Positions 48,950 through 59,385 are shown, numbered from the stretch's first letter. The stretch is 64,000 nucleotides of DNA from Polyangiaceae bacterium (GCA_965222375.1 CBDCTZ010000004.1:13435-77434); one strand, 5' to 3'. Notes: generated by a model not told the origin, from the sequence alone. Made by a program: numbers and translations.

Positions 48950-49717
48950 TCAGTCGTCGCTGCGGGCATCCTTGATGATTTGTCGGTAGCGCGGGTCCCG
49001 ACGCAGCCGCGGGAACTCGGACTGGGTTCGGGACCGGCGAATCCAATCGTCCAGCGAGTTGTGGCTGCGTAGGAACTTCGGTCGACGCAGCGCCTTCGCG
49101 ATTTCCAGCGCCTTTTCGAAGTTGTCGGCGCAAGCGTCCACGTCTTTGTCGCGACAGTGGGCTCGCGCGAGATTGTAGAAGACCTCGGCGCTGTTGTTCC
49201 AGTTCTTCTTGGCGATATTCAGGTGCTTGATCGCCCCGTCCGCCTCCTTCTTTCGAAGGTACGCAAAGGCGAATCCCATACGCAGGTAGTAGTGCTCGGA
49301 CTCGGGCAGCGTGCATTCTTTGTCGTGCAGCTTCTCCGCCTCTTCGTAGAAGGGCAGCGCGTTGTCTGCTGCCTTGGCGGGGCCGCTTCTGCCCTTGCGG
49401 GTCACCTTCTTGTCGAACAGCGATGCATCCCCGCGCCAGACGCGAACAGTTGCACTATTGGGGTACTTCTTCATCAGGTTGTCGAGCAGCATCTGCGCGG
49501 TATCGTACTTCTTGTCCTTGAACGCCGTTACAGCGGGGCGGAACTCGCCCTTGCCAGGGTCCGTACTCTTACCGGTTGGGCAAGGGCCAGTTGACACCGG
49601 CGCTGGGGCCGCTGGTGGCGGTGGAGGCGGCAATTCGTCCTTCGACTTCTTGCAGGCCAGTAGCGCAATCAGCACCGCGAGCGGAGCGATGACAGGGACG
49701 GAACGAGTTGGGCGCAT
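48950..49717 (-). CDS. TPR lipoprotein
   Basis: Lipobox LLAC, poly-Pro linker, TPR-like YNLARAHC. Confidence 0.8.
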   Translation of the reverse strand: MRPTRSVPVIAPLAVLIALLACKKSKDELPPPPPPAAPAPVSTGPCPTGKSTDPGKGEFRPAVTAFKDKKYDTAQMLLDNLMKKYPNSATVRVWRGDASLFDKKVTRKGRSGPAKAADNALPFYEEAEKLHDKECTLPESEHYYLRMGFAFAYLRKKEADGAIKHLNIAKKNWNNSAEVFYNLARAHCRDKDVDACADNFEKALEIAKALRRPKFLRSHNSLDDWIRRSRTQSEFPRLRRDPRYRQIIKDARSDD

Positions 49718-49818
49718 CGCACGCGAATAACAGCCACGCGCCGAAGCCACAACCCAATGCATGAGCTGACCTGGCGTTCTTGCGCGGCGCGTCAAAACAT
49801 GGCCCAATACTCCGGCCC

Positions 49819-52800
49819 ATGCCCCTGCCCCCGCGTCACGGACTATACGATCCACGCTTCGAGCACGACGCGTGCGGCGTCGGTATTGTGGCCAATGTGG
49901 CGGGCAATACCAGCCACGAATTGGTCCGGCGGGGCGTGGACGTTCTGCTCAATCTCGTGCACCGAGGGGCAGCCGGAAGCGACCCCCATACGGGGGACGG
50001 CGCCGGGATCTTGATCCAGGTCCCCGATCGCTTTCTACGGGAAGAATTGGACCCACATTTTCGGCTGCCAGCTCCCGGGAAGTACGGGGTGGGCATCGTC
50101 TTTCTGCCTAGGGACCGAGGCGCCCGAGCGCGCCTGAAGCAGGTCCTGGAGGACAAGATCTTCGGCACCGGGCAGCGCTTGCTCGGTTGGCGAGACGTTC
50201 CGGTGGACCCGGACGCGATAGGAGAGAAGGCACGCGCCACGGTGCCCGTCATCGAGCAAGTCTTCGTCGGGTCTACATGCCCCGACGAAGACACTTTCGA
50301 GTCGAAACTTTTCGTGATTCGCAAGTGGGCCGAGCGCACGGCTCGGGAGAGCGGGATCCCCGGCGGTCACAAGTTCTATGTGCCGAGTCTGAGCTCACGT
50401 ACCCTCGTCTACAAGGGGCTCTTGCTCGCCCACCAGCTGCCAAAGTTCTATACGGACCTGAGTGACGAGCGGTTGACTAGTGCGCTAGCTCTGGTCCATC
50501 AGCGCTTCTCGACCAATACGTTCCCGACCTGGGAGCTCGCGCAACCGTTCCGCCTCGTAGCGCACAACGGCGAGATCAATACCATCCGCGGCAACGCAGC
50601 ATGGATGCGAGCAAGAGAGCAGCTCTTCGACGGGCGCATCTTCGGCGAGGACGTACGTCACATCCTGCCCACCATCACGCCCGGGGGAAGCGACTCCGCA
50701 GTATTCGACAACGTCGCGGAGCTTCTGCTCCGTGCCGGACGCAGCTTGCCGCACGTCATGAAGATGCTGGTGCCCGAGGCGTACCAACATGACGCGGTGA
50801 TGCCCGCGCACCAGCGGGCATTCTTCGAGTATCACTCCTGCCTGATCGAACCCTGGGACGGTCCCGCCGCCCTAGCCTTCACGAATGGGCGGCAAATCGG
50901 AGCGATCCTCGATCGCAACGGACTCCGCCCAGCGCGCTGGACCCTCACCAACGATGGTCTATTGGTGCTCGCGAGCGAAACCGGAGTCCTGGACATACCC
51001 GCGAACCGAATAGCGCGGCGTGGTCGCTTGGAACCGGGCCGGATGTTCTTGGTGGATACCCAAGAGGGACGCATCATCGAGGACGAGGAAATCAAGGAGG
51101 AGCTCGCCCAACGGCAGCCCTATGGGAAATGGCTCGAGGCCAACGCAGTCGACCTCGCGGACTTGCCTGAGCCTGCGGAACCGCCGAAAGCCCCAACCAC
51201 GGCCAGCCTGCGGCGCCGCCAGCATCTCTTTGGCTACACCGACGAAGATTTGAGACTGGTGATTGGGCCAATGGCGCGCAACGGGGCAGAGCCAATCGGA
51301 TCCATGGGCACGGACACACCCCTGGCAGTTCTGTCAGACAGTCCTCAGCTGATCTACAACTACTTCAAGCAACACTTCGCCCAAGTCACCAACCCTCCAA
51401 TCGACCCGATTCGCGAGACGCTGGTCATGAGCTTGGCCAACTACATCGGTGGCGAAGGCAATCTGCTCTTCGAACTGCCCGACCACGCCCAGATGCTTCG
51501 CCTGCCTGGTCCGGTTTTGACCACTCATGAGCTAGAGAAACTCCGGCAGGGGCAACGCTTGCATTTCCGCCGGCCGGCCACCTTGCCGATGCTGTATCCG
51601 GTGGCCGAAGGCGCCCAAGGTCTCAAGTCCGCCCTCGACGAACTATGCCGCCTGGCTTCCCTGGCCGTGTTGAACAACCACAGCCTGATAGTGCTGAGCG
51701 ACCGCGGGGCCAGCGAGCACATGGCTCCTGTGCCCAGCCTGCTCGCCACGGGCGCCGTGCACCACCACCTGATGCGGAACGGCACGCGCATGAAGGTCGG
51801 CATGTTGGTGGACACCGCAGATGCGCGAGAGGTGCACCATTTCTGCTTGCTACTCGGCTACGGCGCTGGAGCCGTCATTCCGCACCTTGCTTTGGACAGC
51901 GTTCGACAAATGGCGGCGGAGGGTCAGTTTGGCAATGACTCGGAGCCGGATGAAGCTGAGAAGCGCTACATCAAAGCCGTCGAAAAAGGCGTGCTGAAGG
52001 TGATGAGCAAGATGGGCATCAGCACCCTGCAGAGCTATCACGGCGCACAGATCTTCGAGGCCATTGGCCTGTCCGAGCAGATCGTCGAGCGCTACTTCAC
52101 GGGTACCTGCACGCGCCTGGGTGGCATCGATCTCGAGGTGATCGCCGATGAGATCCGACGCCGACATCTGGGAGGTCACGAGGTGCCCGAGGAGCACCCG
52201 CTTCGTTCTGCCGGGGAGTACCAGTGGCGCGCCAGAGGTGAGCGACACCTGTGGTCACCCGCCGCAATCACGTCGCTGCAGCGTGCGGTCCGGGCTGAAG
52301 ATCTCAGCAGCTACCGCGAGTACTCGGATCACATCAACCGCCAGGCGGAAGGGCTCATCACCCTTCGCGGGATGTGGAACCTGGTCCCCGCGGAGGCGCC
52401 CATCTCTCTGAGTGCGGTCGAGCCCGCCGCTGAAATCGTCAAGCGCTTCGCGACGGGCGCCATGAGCTTCGGGTCAATCAGCGCCGAGGCGCACGAGAAC
52501 CTGGCGCTCGCAATGAATCGCATCCAAGGCAAGAGCAACACCGGCGAAGGGGGCGAGCGTAGCGAACGCTATGTACGCGACGAAAACGGCGACTCTCGCC
52601 AGAGCGCCATCAAACAGGTGGCCTCCGGACGATTCGGCGTAACGCCCCACTACCTGGTGAACGCGGAGGAGCTGCAGATCAAAGTTGCCCAAGGCGCAAA
52701 GCCCGGCGAGGGCGGACAGCTGCCTGGTCACAAGGTCGATGCGATCATCGCCAAGACGCGGTACTCGACCCCGGGGGTGACCCTGATTTCACCGCCCCCA

Positions 52801-54378
52801 CACCACGATATCTATTCCATCGAAGACCTCGCCCAGCTGATCTTCGACTTGAAGATGGTCAACCCAATGGCGCGCATCAGCGTCAAGTTGGTAGCGGAAG
52901 CTGGTGTCGGGACCATCGCAGCCGGCGTCGCAAAAGCTCACGCCGACGTGATCCTGATCGCGGGGTTCGACGGCGGCACGGGTGCGTCGCCGATGACCAG
53001 CATCAAGCACGCCGGCGTGCCTTGGGAACTCGGCCTGAGCGAGACCCAACAGGTTTTGGTCAAGAACGATCTTCGAAGCAGGGTCATCCTGCAAGTCGAC
53101 GGTCAGATGCGAACGGGGCGCGACGTGGTGGTGGCCGCGTTGCTTGGTGCCGAAGAGTTCGGCTTCGCGACCGCACCCCTGGTCGCATCGGGCTGCGTGA
53201 TGATGCGCAAGTGCCATCTCAATACCTGTCCAGTCGGCATCGCCACCCAGGATCCGGAGCTACGAAAGCATTTCACTGGGGCGCCGGAGCACGTCGTACG
53301 CTACATGTTCTACGTCGCCGAGGAGGCGCGGGAGATCATGGCCACCCTGGGCTTCACCTCCTTGCGAGCAATGGTCGGCCGGGTGGACCGCATTCGAAAG
53401 CGCGACACGAACGTGAGCCTCAAGGCGTCGCGACTGGACTTCAGCGACGTGCTCACACCCGCAGATGCGGCGCCGGGCGTCTCGCCAGTTTGGAACCTTC
53501 CCCAGGACCACGGTCTTCAGGGATCCTTCGACCAACAGCTTCTGGAGGAACTACGCCCTGCTATCGAGAGCCGCACCAAAGTGACTTTGCAGCGGCCGAT
53601 CAAAAACGTGCACCGTACCGTGGGCGCAATGATCGCGGGGGAAGTGGCCCGAGCCCACGGCGAAGGGGGGCTGCCCGAAAACACTCTGCGCCTGGAATTT
53701 CAGGGTAGCGCGGGCCAAAGCTTTGGCGCATTCACGGTCCCCGGCATGGTGCTCTTTCTGGAAGGCGACGCCAACGACTATGTCGGCAAAGGCATGAGTG
53801 GCGGGAAGATCGTCGTGCGCCCACGCGCCAATGCCTCCTTCGACGCCGAAAAGAACATCTTGATCGGCAACGTCGCGCTGTACGGCGCGACCGGTGGCCG
53901 TGCGTTCTTCCGCGGCGTGGCAGGAGAGCGCTTCGCGGTCCGCAATAGCGGGACAATTGCCGTCGTCGAGGGTGTCGGCGAGCACGGCTGTGAGTACATG
54001 ACCGGGGGGCGAGTCGTGGTCATCGGGAGCACCGGTCGCAACTTCGCCGCTGGAATGAGTGGCGGGCTGGCGTATGTGCTTGACGAGGACGATAGCTTCG
54101 AACTGAAGGTCAACCCGGCACTGGTGGAAGTGGAAGCACTCTCGACCGAAGACTCCGCCTTCGTTGCTGGCCTACTTCAGGAACATATGGAGCAAACCGG
54201 CAGTGAGAAGGCTCGCGCCCTACTCTCCCGATGGGAAGTAAGCCTGAACTGCTTCAAGAAGGTGGTTCCTGTGGAATACCGACGCGCAATGGAGGAGCAA
54301 GTGCAGACCATGCCGCCGCCGGGTCAGTCGATGGATCCCCTTCCCGAACCTGCGCATCGCGCACCGGACGCGGAGTGA
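49819..54378 (+). CDS. gltB: glutamate synthase large subunit
   Basis: EHDACGVG, HQRFSTNT, KVAQGAKPGEGGQLPG, CVMMRKCHLNTCP, GCEYMTGG. Confidence 0.98.
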   Translation: MPLPPRHGLYDPRFEHDACGVGIVANVAGNTSHELVRRGVDVLLNLVHRGAAGSDPHTGDGAGILIQVPDRFLREELDPHFRLPAPGKYGVGIVFLPRDRGARARLKQVLEDKIFGTGQRLLGWRDVPVDPDAIGEKARATVPVIEQVFVGSTCPDEDTFESKLFVIRKWAERTARESGIPGGHKFYVPSLSSRTLVYKGLLLAHQLPKFYTDLSDERLTSALALVHQRFSTNTFPTWELAQPFRLVAHNGEINTIRGNAAWMRAREQLFDGRIFGEDVRHILPTITPGGSDSAVFDNVAELLLRAGRSLPHVMKMLVPEAYQHDAVMPAHQRAFFEYHSCLIEPWDGPAALAFTNGRQIGAILDRNGLRPARWTLTNDGLLVLASETGVLDIPANRIARRGRLEPGRMFLVDTQEGRIIEDEEIKEELAQRQPYGKWLEANAVDLADLPEPAEPPKAPTTASLRRRQHLFGYTDEDLRLVIGPMARNGAEPIGSMGTDTPLAVLSDSPQLIYNYFKQHFAQVTNPPIDPIRETLVMSLANYIGGEGNLLFELPDHAQMLRLPGPVLTTHELEKLRQGQRLHFRRPATLPMLYPVAEGAQGLKSALDELCRLASLAVLNNHSLIVLSDRGASEHMAPVPSLLATGAVHHHLMRNGTRMKVGMLVDTADAREVHHFCLLLGYGAGAVIPHLALDSVRQMAAEGQFGNDSEPDEAEKRYIKAVEKGVLKVMSKMGISTLQSYHGAQIFEAIGLSEQIVERYFTGTCTRLGGIDLEVIADEIRRRHLGGHEVPEEHPLRSAGEYQWRARGERHLWSPAAITSLQRAVRAEDLSSYREYSDHINRQAEGLITLRGMWNLVPAEAPISLSAVEPAAEIVKRFATGAMSFGSISAEAHENLALAMNRIQGKSNTGEGGERSERYVRDENGDSRQSAIKQVASGRFGVTPHYLVNAEELQIKVAQGAKPGEGGQLPGHKVDAIIAKTRYSTPGVTLISPPPHHDIYSIEDLAQLIFDLKMVNPMARISVKLVAEAGVGTIAAGVAKAHADVILIAGFDGGTGASPMTSIKHAGVPWELGLSETQQVLVKNDLRSRVILQVDGQMRTGRDVVVAALLGAEEFGFATAPLVASGCVMMRKCHLNTCPVGIATQDPELRKHFTGAPEHVVRYMFYVAEEAREIMATLGFTSLRAMVGRVDRIRKRDTNVSLKASRLDFSDVLTPADAAPGVSPVWNLPQDHGLQGSFDQQLLEELRPAIESRTKVTLQRPIKNVHRTVGAMIAGEVARAHGEGGLPENTLRLEFQGSAGQSFGAFTVPGMVLFLEGDANDYVGKGMSGGKIVVRPRANASFDAEKNILIGNVALYGATGGRAFFRGVAGERFAVRNSGTIAVVEGVGEHGCEYMTGGRVVVIGSTGRNFAAGMSGGLAYVLDEDDSFELKVNPALVEVEALSTEDSAFVAGLLQEHMEQTGSEKARALLSRWEVSLNCFKKVVPVEYRRAMEEQVQTMPPPGQSMDPLPEPAHRAPDAE

Positions 54379-54382
54379 ACTA

Positions 54383-55792
54383 GTGGGCAAGATCACCGGA
54401 TTCCTCGAGTTCGAGCGGGAGGAGCTGGACAAGTTGCCGGCAGAAGAACGCGTCCGGTCCTACCAAGAGTTCGAGCTCCCTGTCCTACGGGAGCGCCTTG
54501 TCTCCCAATCCGCCCGCTGCATGGACTGCGGAGTCCCGTTCTGCAATTCAGGTTGCCCCCTCAACAACCTGATCCCGGACTTCAACAACCAGGTCTACGC
54601 GGGGCGGATGGACAGGGCCCTCGCGTCGTTGCTCTCTACCAACAACTTCCCCGAGGTCACGGGGCGGGTGTGCCCAGCGCCCTGCGAAGCAGCCTGTGTT
54701 CTCGGTATTAATCGAGATCCTGTATCCATCAAAGTCTTGGAAAAGAGCATCGCGGACTCGGCTTTGGAATCCGGACTGTTCGACCCGCAGCTCCCCGCAA
54801 GCAACAGCGGTCGCTCCGCTGCAGTCGTGGGCTCGGGGCCCGCTGGGCTGGCGGCAGCCCAAGAATTGAGACGCCGAGGCCATAGCGTCACGGTATTCGA
54901 AGCCAGCGACCGCATCGGTGGACTTTTGCGCTACGGGATCCCCGACTTCAAGTTAGACAAGAGCTTGATCGATCGACGTGTGCAGCAGATGCAGGAGGAG
55001 GGCGTACAGTTCATCACCGGTGCCGTCGTTGGTGTATCGCCAACCGCGGAGGAGCTGCGCTCGGACTTCGATGCAGTCTGCCTCGCCATTGGTTCGCGCA
55101 GACCCCGGGACTTGCCGATTCCCGGCCGAGAGCTGGCCGGCATCGTCTTCGCGATGGACTTCTTGGAGCAACAGAATCGACGCGTGGCCGGCGACACGAT
55201 CCCAGAAAACGAAGCCATCCTGGCTACCGACAAGCACGTCGTGATCATCGGCGGTGGCGACACCGGTAGCGACTGCGTCGGCACGAGCATTCGACAGAGT
55301 GCAAAGAGCGTCACGAGCCTGGAAATCATGCCGCGCCCTCCAGAGCGGCGCAGCGAAGCCACCCCCTGGCCGGTGTGGCCCTTGATGCTGCGAACCTCGA
55401 GCTCTCACCAAGAAGGTGGTGAGCGGCAGTGGAGTATCATGACCCAGAGCTTCACCGGGGCCGAGGGTCGCGTGAGCTCCGTGGAATGCGCTCGCGTCGA
55501 GACCTGGCACGGCGCTCCACAACCCACCGGGGAAACCCTGAGCCTCCCTGCTGATCTCGTGCTGCTCGCGGTGGGGTTCGTGCACCCAGACTCAGATCCG
55601 CTGAAGGCCTTCGGCGTGAAACTCGATCAACGCGGAAACGTCGCCGTTGACGAGCGCCTCGCGTCCGATCTGCCGGGCGTGTTCGCTGCCGGCGACTGCC
55701 AGCGGGGGCAGTCCCTAGTGGTTTGGGCGATTGCCGACGGGCGGCGAGCCGCCCAGTCCATCGACGCGTGGCTGCTCGAAAACCACGCCTGA
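54383..55792 (+). CDS. gltD: glutamate synthase small subunit
   Basis: RCMDCGVPFC, GRVCPAPCE, GSGPAG, GGGDTGSDC, RGQSLVVWAI. Confidence 0.97.
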   Translation: MGKITGFLEFEREELDKLPAEERVRSYQEFELPVLRERLVSQSARCMDCGVPFCNSGCPLNNLIPDFNNQVYAGRMDRALASLLSTNNFPEVTGRVCPAPCEAACVLGINRDPVSIKVLEKSIADSALESGLFDPQLPASNSGRSAAVVGSGPAGLAAAQELRRRGHSVTVFEASDRIGGLLRYGIPDFKLDKSLIDRRVQQMQEEGVQFITGAVVGVSPTAEELRSDFDAVCLAIGSRRPRDLPIPGRELAGIVFAMDFLEQQNRRVAGDTIPENEAILATDKHVVIIGGGDTGSDCVGTSIRQSAKSVTSLEIMPRPPERRSEATPWPVWPLMLRTSSSHQEGGERQWSIMTQSFTGAEGRVSSVECARVETWHGAPQPTGETLSLPADLVLLAVGFVHPDSDPLKAFGVKLDQRGNVAVDERLASDLPGVFAAGDCQRGQSLVVWAIADGRRAAQSIDAWLLENHA

Positions 55793-55850
55793 TTTAGGCG
55801 CCCATTTTCCGTTCGGCCTCGATTCGTGGAATACTTGGCTCAGGTCTCCT

Positions 55851-56702
55851 TTGGCAAAACGCAAGAAACCCCTGCCCCCGCGGCCCCCGCCGAAGCGGAA
55901 GTCGCCGCCGCGCCCGGCGGCTACGGCCCGCGCCAAGGCCGCCAAAGCAGCCGCCAAGAAGGCCAAGACCGAAGCCGAGACGGCTCCAGAGATCAACGTG
56001 GAGTACGGCCCGGCCGGTCGTGAGACCCTGGCTGCGATCGCCGAGGATGTCGCCCAAGCAGTGTTTCCGCCGGAGCCCGTCAGCAAGATCACCCGCGCGG
56101 TGATTCCACCCCAAATCTCCAGTCCGGACCTGTCCTTCGAGCTGGCACCGGCCGGACGCGAAACCCTGTCAGCCATCGTTGGCGAAGCCAAACAGCATGC
56201 GCCTACGGACGTGCGTGCTCCCATGACGACCATCGACTACGACGAACCTGTCGAAGGCGGAGAGGGCGGCCCGAAAATCGTGGTGCGCGAGGCGACTCCG
56301 GGGCGCGACAGCCTGGCAGCCCTCGAAGGCGAGGGCAAAAGTGGTCGCAAGCGCGTTCGCACCCAGGGTTACGCTGAGTCTTCCGGCCACCCTGAAGTCC
56401 AGGCCGTTCGGGTGGGCCGCGACACTCTCGAAGCTCTGGCCCGCGCCGTGACCCAAGAGCCGGCTCCGGCGTCCGGCGTGCATGCAACACTGGAGGTCTT
56501 CGAGATGGTGACCTTCGTGATTCGCGGCGATGACCTGGCCTCGCTGTCGTCCGAGAACCTTCGGCGCCGGTTCGTAGAGGAACGTCTGCTCAGTCGGCTC
56601 CCCATCGACGACATGGCGAACGTGGACCGCGTAGACGTGACGCCCTGGACGGTCAAGAACACCGTGGTTCTCCGGGTCTGGTGCCGGCTCCCCGCAGGCT
56701 GA
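55851..56702 (+). CDS. hypothetical protein with four GR[ED][TS]LxA[IL] repeats
   Basis: TTG start inferred; basic N-terminus, repeats, small alpha/beta C-terminal domain. Confidence 0.7.
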   Translation: MAKRKKPLPPRPPPKRKSPPRPAATARAKAAKAAAKKAKTEAETAPEINVEYGPAGRETLAAIAEDVAQAVFPPEPVSKITRAVIPPQISSPDLSFELAPAGRETLSAIVGEAKQHAPTDVRAPMTTIDYDEPVEGGEGGPKIVVREATPGRDSLAALEGEGKSGRKRVRTQGYAESSGHPEVQAVRVGRDTLEALARAVTQEPAPASGVHATLEVFEMVTFVIRGDDLASLSSENLRRRFVEERLLSRLPIDDMANVDRVDVTPWTVKNTVVLRVWCRLPAG

Positions 56703-56760
56703 GCGGAGGCCCACGTTGCGAGGCGACCCATTTACGCCCACCCGGTGTAGGCTCGCTTGC

Positions 56761-58356
56761 ATGCGTCGACAGGATCGAGAGCGCGCACAAATTGAGGCAT
56801 CCACCCGGGTCGTCGATCGCTTGGTGGCCGAAGCCCAAACCAGCGACGACCTAGAAGCCGTGCTCAGCGACACGCTCTACTGGGAGCGCCGCCGCTTGGA
56901 GCGAGAGCGCAAGGACAAACCTCGTATCAAAAGCGACATCGCCTTCTACCAAGACTTGGCCAAGCGCCTGCGCCACGCGTCTGAACCAGATCTACGCGAG
57001 CTGCTGGACCGGGTAGCGCGGCGCTTCGCAGGCGAAATCGTCGGCAGCTTTGACGAGCGTGTGTACCGCATGTCCACCACCGCGGTCCCAGCACTGCTGG
57101 GACTCATGCTCAGCGCCACGACTCCTGGCAGGCTGAGCAGTTTCAGTGGGATGCGCCGCGGACTGTCAGATCACGTCGAAGTCCAAGGCTCCACCGAACG
57201 ACTGAAACGCCTAGGCAAGCACGGCACCGTCATCGTCGTGCCTACTCATTCCTCGCATTTGGACAGCCTCGTACTTGGCTACGCCGTGCATCTTCTGGGG
57301 CTCCCACCCCTGCTCTATGGCGCCGGACTGAATCTGTTCGAAAACCCGGTCATGTCCTTCTTCATGAACAACCTCGGTGCTTATCGAGTGGATCGAAAAA
57401 AGAAGGACTCCCTCTACAAGGATGTCCTGAAGGAGTACGCGACCGTTGCGCTGGAATTGGGCTACGACAACCTGTTCTTCCCCGGTGGGACCCGCAGCCG
57501 AAGCGGCATGGTCGAGCAACGCTTGAAGCGCGGACTGCTGGGCACGGGCGTCCGGGCGTTCGTGAACAACCTGCGTGCGGGTCGGGACAAGCCCAATCTG
57601 TACATCGCGCCTTGTACCATCTCCTACAAGCTCGTCTTGGAAGCAGAAACGCTGATCGAGGACTACTTGAAGGAGGTCGGCAAGTCCCGCTACATCATCG
57701 AAGACGACGAGTTCTCCAAACCCCGGCGAGTCATGGAGTTCATGAAGGAACTCGCGTCCTTGGACGCGAAAGTCGTCGTGACGTTCTCAGAACCCTTAGA
57801 CTTATTCGGCAACCTGGTGGACGACGAGGGGCGAAGTCTCGATCCGAGGGGGCGCATCATCGACCCGAAGTCCTACGTCATGGTGGACGGTGAGCCGCAA
57901 CACGATCCCCAGCGGGACGCGGAGTACACCAATGAACTGTCGCGCGAGATCGGCGCTGCGTTTCTGCGACACAACGTCGTGATGTCCACCCACATCGTTG
58001 GCCTGGCAGCCTCCCGCTTGCTTTCGCGAAAGAACCCCGAGGTCGACCAGTATCGGTTGCTTCGTACGGGGGGTAGTAGCCCCTGCTTCACTTTGGGCGA
58101 GTTAGGCGCCGAAATCGACCAGCTCGTGTCCACCCTTTCGTCACTACCCAAAGGGCCTCGGCTAGGCCATGAGCTCGCCTCCAGGGACGCAGCTCCCATT
58201 ATCGACGATGCCTTGCAGGCCTACGGTTGCTATCACTTGCACCCCGCCCTGGAACGACGCGGAGATCGCGTCTTCCACGAAGATCGCAACCTGCTGCTCT
58301 ACTACGGCAACCGCCTGAGGGGCTACGACCTGGGCAGGGCCTTGGGGGCAAACTGA
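56761..58356 (+). CDS. plsB: glycerol-3-phosphate acyltransferase, PlsB-type
   Basis: PTHSSHLD, GAGLNL, GAYRVDR, FFPGGTRSRSG; upstream of gpsA. Confidence 0.8.
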   Translation: MRRQDRERAQIEASTRVVDRLVAEAQTSDDLEAVLSDTLYWERRRLERERKDKPRIKSDIAFYQDLAKRLRHASEPDLRELLDRVARRFAGEIVGSFDERVYRMSTTAVPALLGLMLSATTPGRLSSFSGMRRGLSDHVEVQGSTERLKRLGKHGTVIVVPTHSSHLDSLVLGYAVHLLGLPPLLYGAGLNLFENPVMSFFMNNLGAYRVDRKKKDSLYKDVLKEYATVALELGYDNLFFPGGTRSRSGMVEQRLKRGLLGTGVRAFVNNLRAGRDKPNLYIAPCTISYKLVLEAETLIEDYLKEVGKSRYIIEDDEFSKPRRVMEFMKELASLDAKVVVTFSEPLDLFGNLVDDEGRSLDPRGRIIDPKSYVMVDGEPQHDPQRDAEYTNELSREIGAAFLRHNVVMSTHIVGLAASRLLSRKNPEVDQYRLLRTGGSSPCFTLGELGAEIDQLVSTLSSLPKGPRLGHELASRDAAPIIDDALQAYGCYHLHPALERRGDRVFHEDRNLLLYYGNRLRGYDLGRALGAN

Positions 58357-58358
58357 TC

Positions 58359-59384
58359 ATGACCGGGAAGCAACAAGATTCAGTTGGCGTCATTGGCGCT
58401 GGAAGCTGGGGCACCACCCTTTCCGTGGTCGCATCCCGACGCGGGGCCAGGACACTTTTGCACTGTCGCCGTGAAGAAGTCGCGGCTGAGCTCAACGACC
58501 GCCGTGAGAATCGAACGTACTTGCCGGGCGTGGAGCTGCCGCCCAGCTTGGAAGCGACCCACGACTTGGAGCGAATCGCCCAGTCCTGCCGCTTCATCCT
58601 TTTCGTCGTTCCCAGCCATGGCTTTCGCGCCACGGCCAGGGAGCTTGGCGCCTTCGTCAACGGCGAACACGTCGTGGTTCACGCCACCAAAGGCATCGAG
58701 CAGGGCAGCCACAAGCGCATGAGCGAGATCTTGCGGGAAGAGACTTGCCTCAGAAAGGTCGGTGTCCTGTCAGGGCCGAACTTGGCGAGAGAGCTGGCGC
58801 AGCAACACCCAACAGGCACCCTCGTAGCGTCTGCTTTCGATGAGGTGTTCAAGCGTGCGCATGGAGCCCTCCACGGCGAGTACTTCCGCGTTTATGGTGG
58901 CCAGGACGTCATCGGCGCTGAAGTGGCGGGCGCGTTCAAGAACATCGTCGCGCTTGCGGCCGGCGTCACCGCGGGGTTGAAGCTAGGCGAAAACACCAAG
59001 GCACTGCTGCTCACTCGGGGGCTTTCGGAGATGGCTCGCTGCGGCGTGTCCATGGGTGGCGAGCTCATGACTTTTGGCGGCATGGCGGGCATGGGGGATC
59101 TAATCGCCACCTGCTCATCACCACTTTCACGCAATCATCAGGTCGGTGCGCGGCTCGCCGGGGGCGAGAGCCTGGAGAAGATCCAGAGTGAAATGAACAT
59201 GGTCGCCGAGGGCGTGAAAACGACTCGAGCCGTCCATGACTACGCGATCCACAAGGGGTTGGACCTGCCAATCGTGGCGGCGGTGCATCGCTTGCTCTAC
59301 GAAGCGGGCGACGTCCCGACCCTGCTGAAGGACTTGATGAGCATCCCAACTGGCAGGGAATTCGTCGCGTTGAGCGGAACCTGA
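58359..59384 (+). CDS. gpsA: NAD(P)H-dependent glycerol-3-phosphate dehydrogenase
   Basis: GAGSWGT, TKGIE, SGPNLA, KNIVA, GDLIATCSS..SRN. Confidence 0.96.
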   Translation: MTGKQQDSVGVIGAGSWGTTLSVVASRRGARTLLHCRREEVAAELNDRRENRTYLPGVELPPSLEATHDLERIAQSCRFILFVVPSHGFRATARELGAFVNGEHVVVHATKGIEQGSHKRMSEILREETCLRKVGVLSGPNLARELAQQHPTGTLVASAFDEVFKRAHGALHGEYFRVYGGQDVIGAEVAGAFKNIVALAAGVTAGLKLGENTKALLLTRGLSEMARCGVSMGGELMTFGGMAGMGDLIATCSSPLSRNHQVGARLAGGESLEKIQSEMNMVAEGVKTTRAVHDYAIHKGLDLPIVAAVHRLLYEAGDVPTLLKDLMSIPTGREFVALSGT

Positions 59385-59385
59385 G

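Noticed and set aside
49819..55792. gltBD as something unusual
   Set aside because: Canonical motifs, lengths and order
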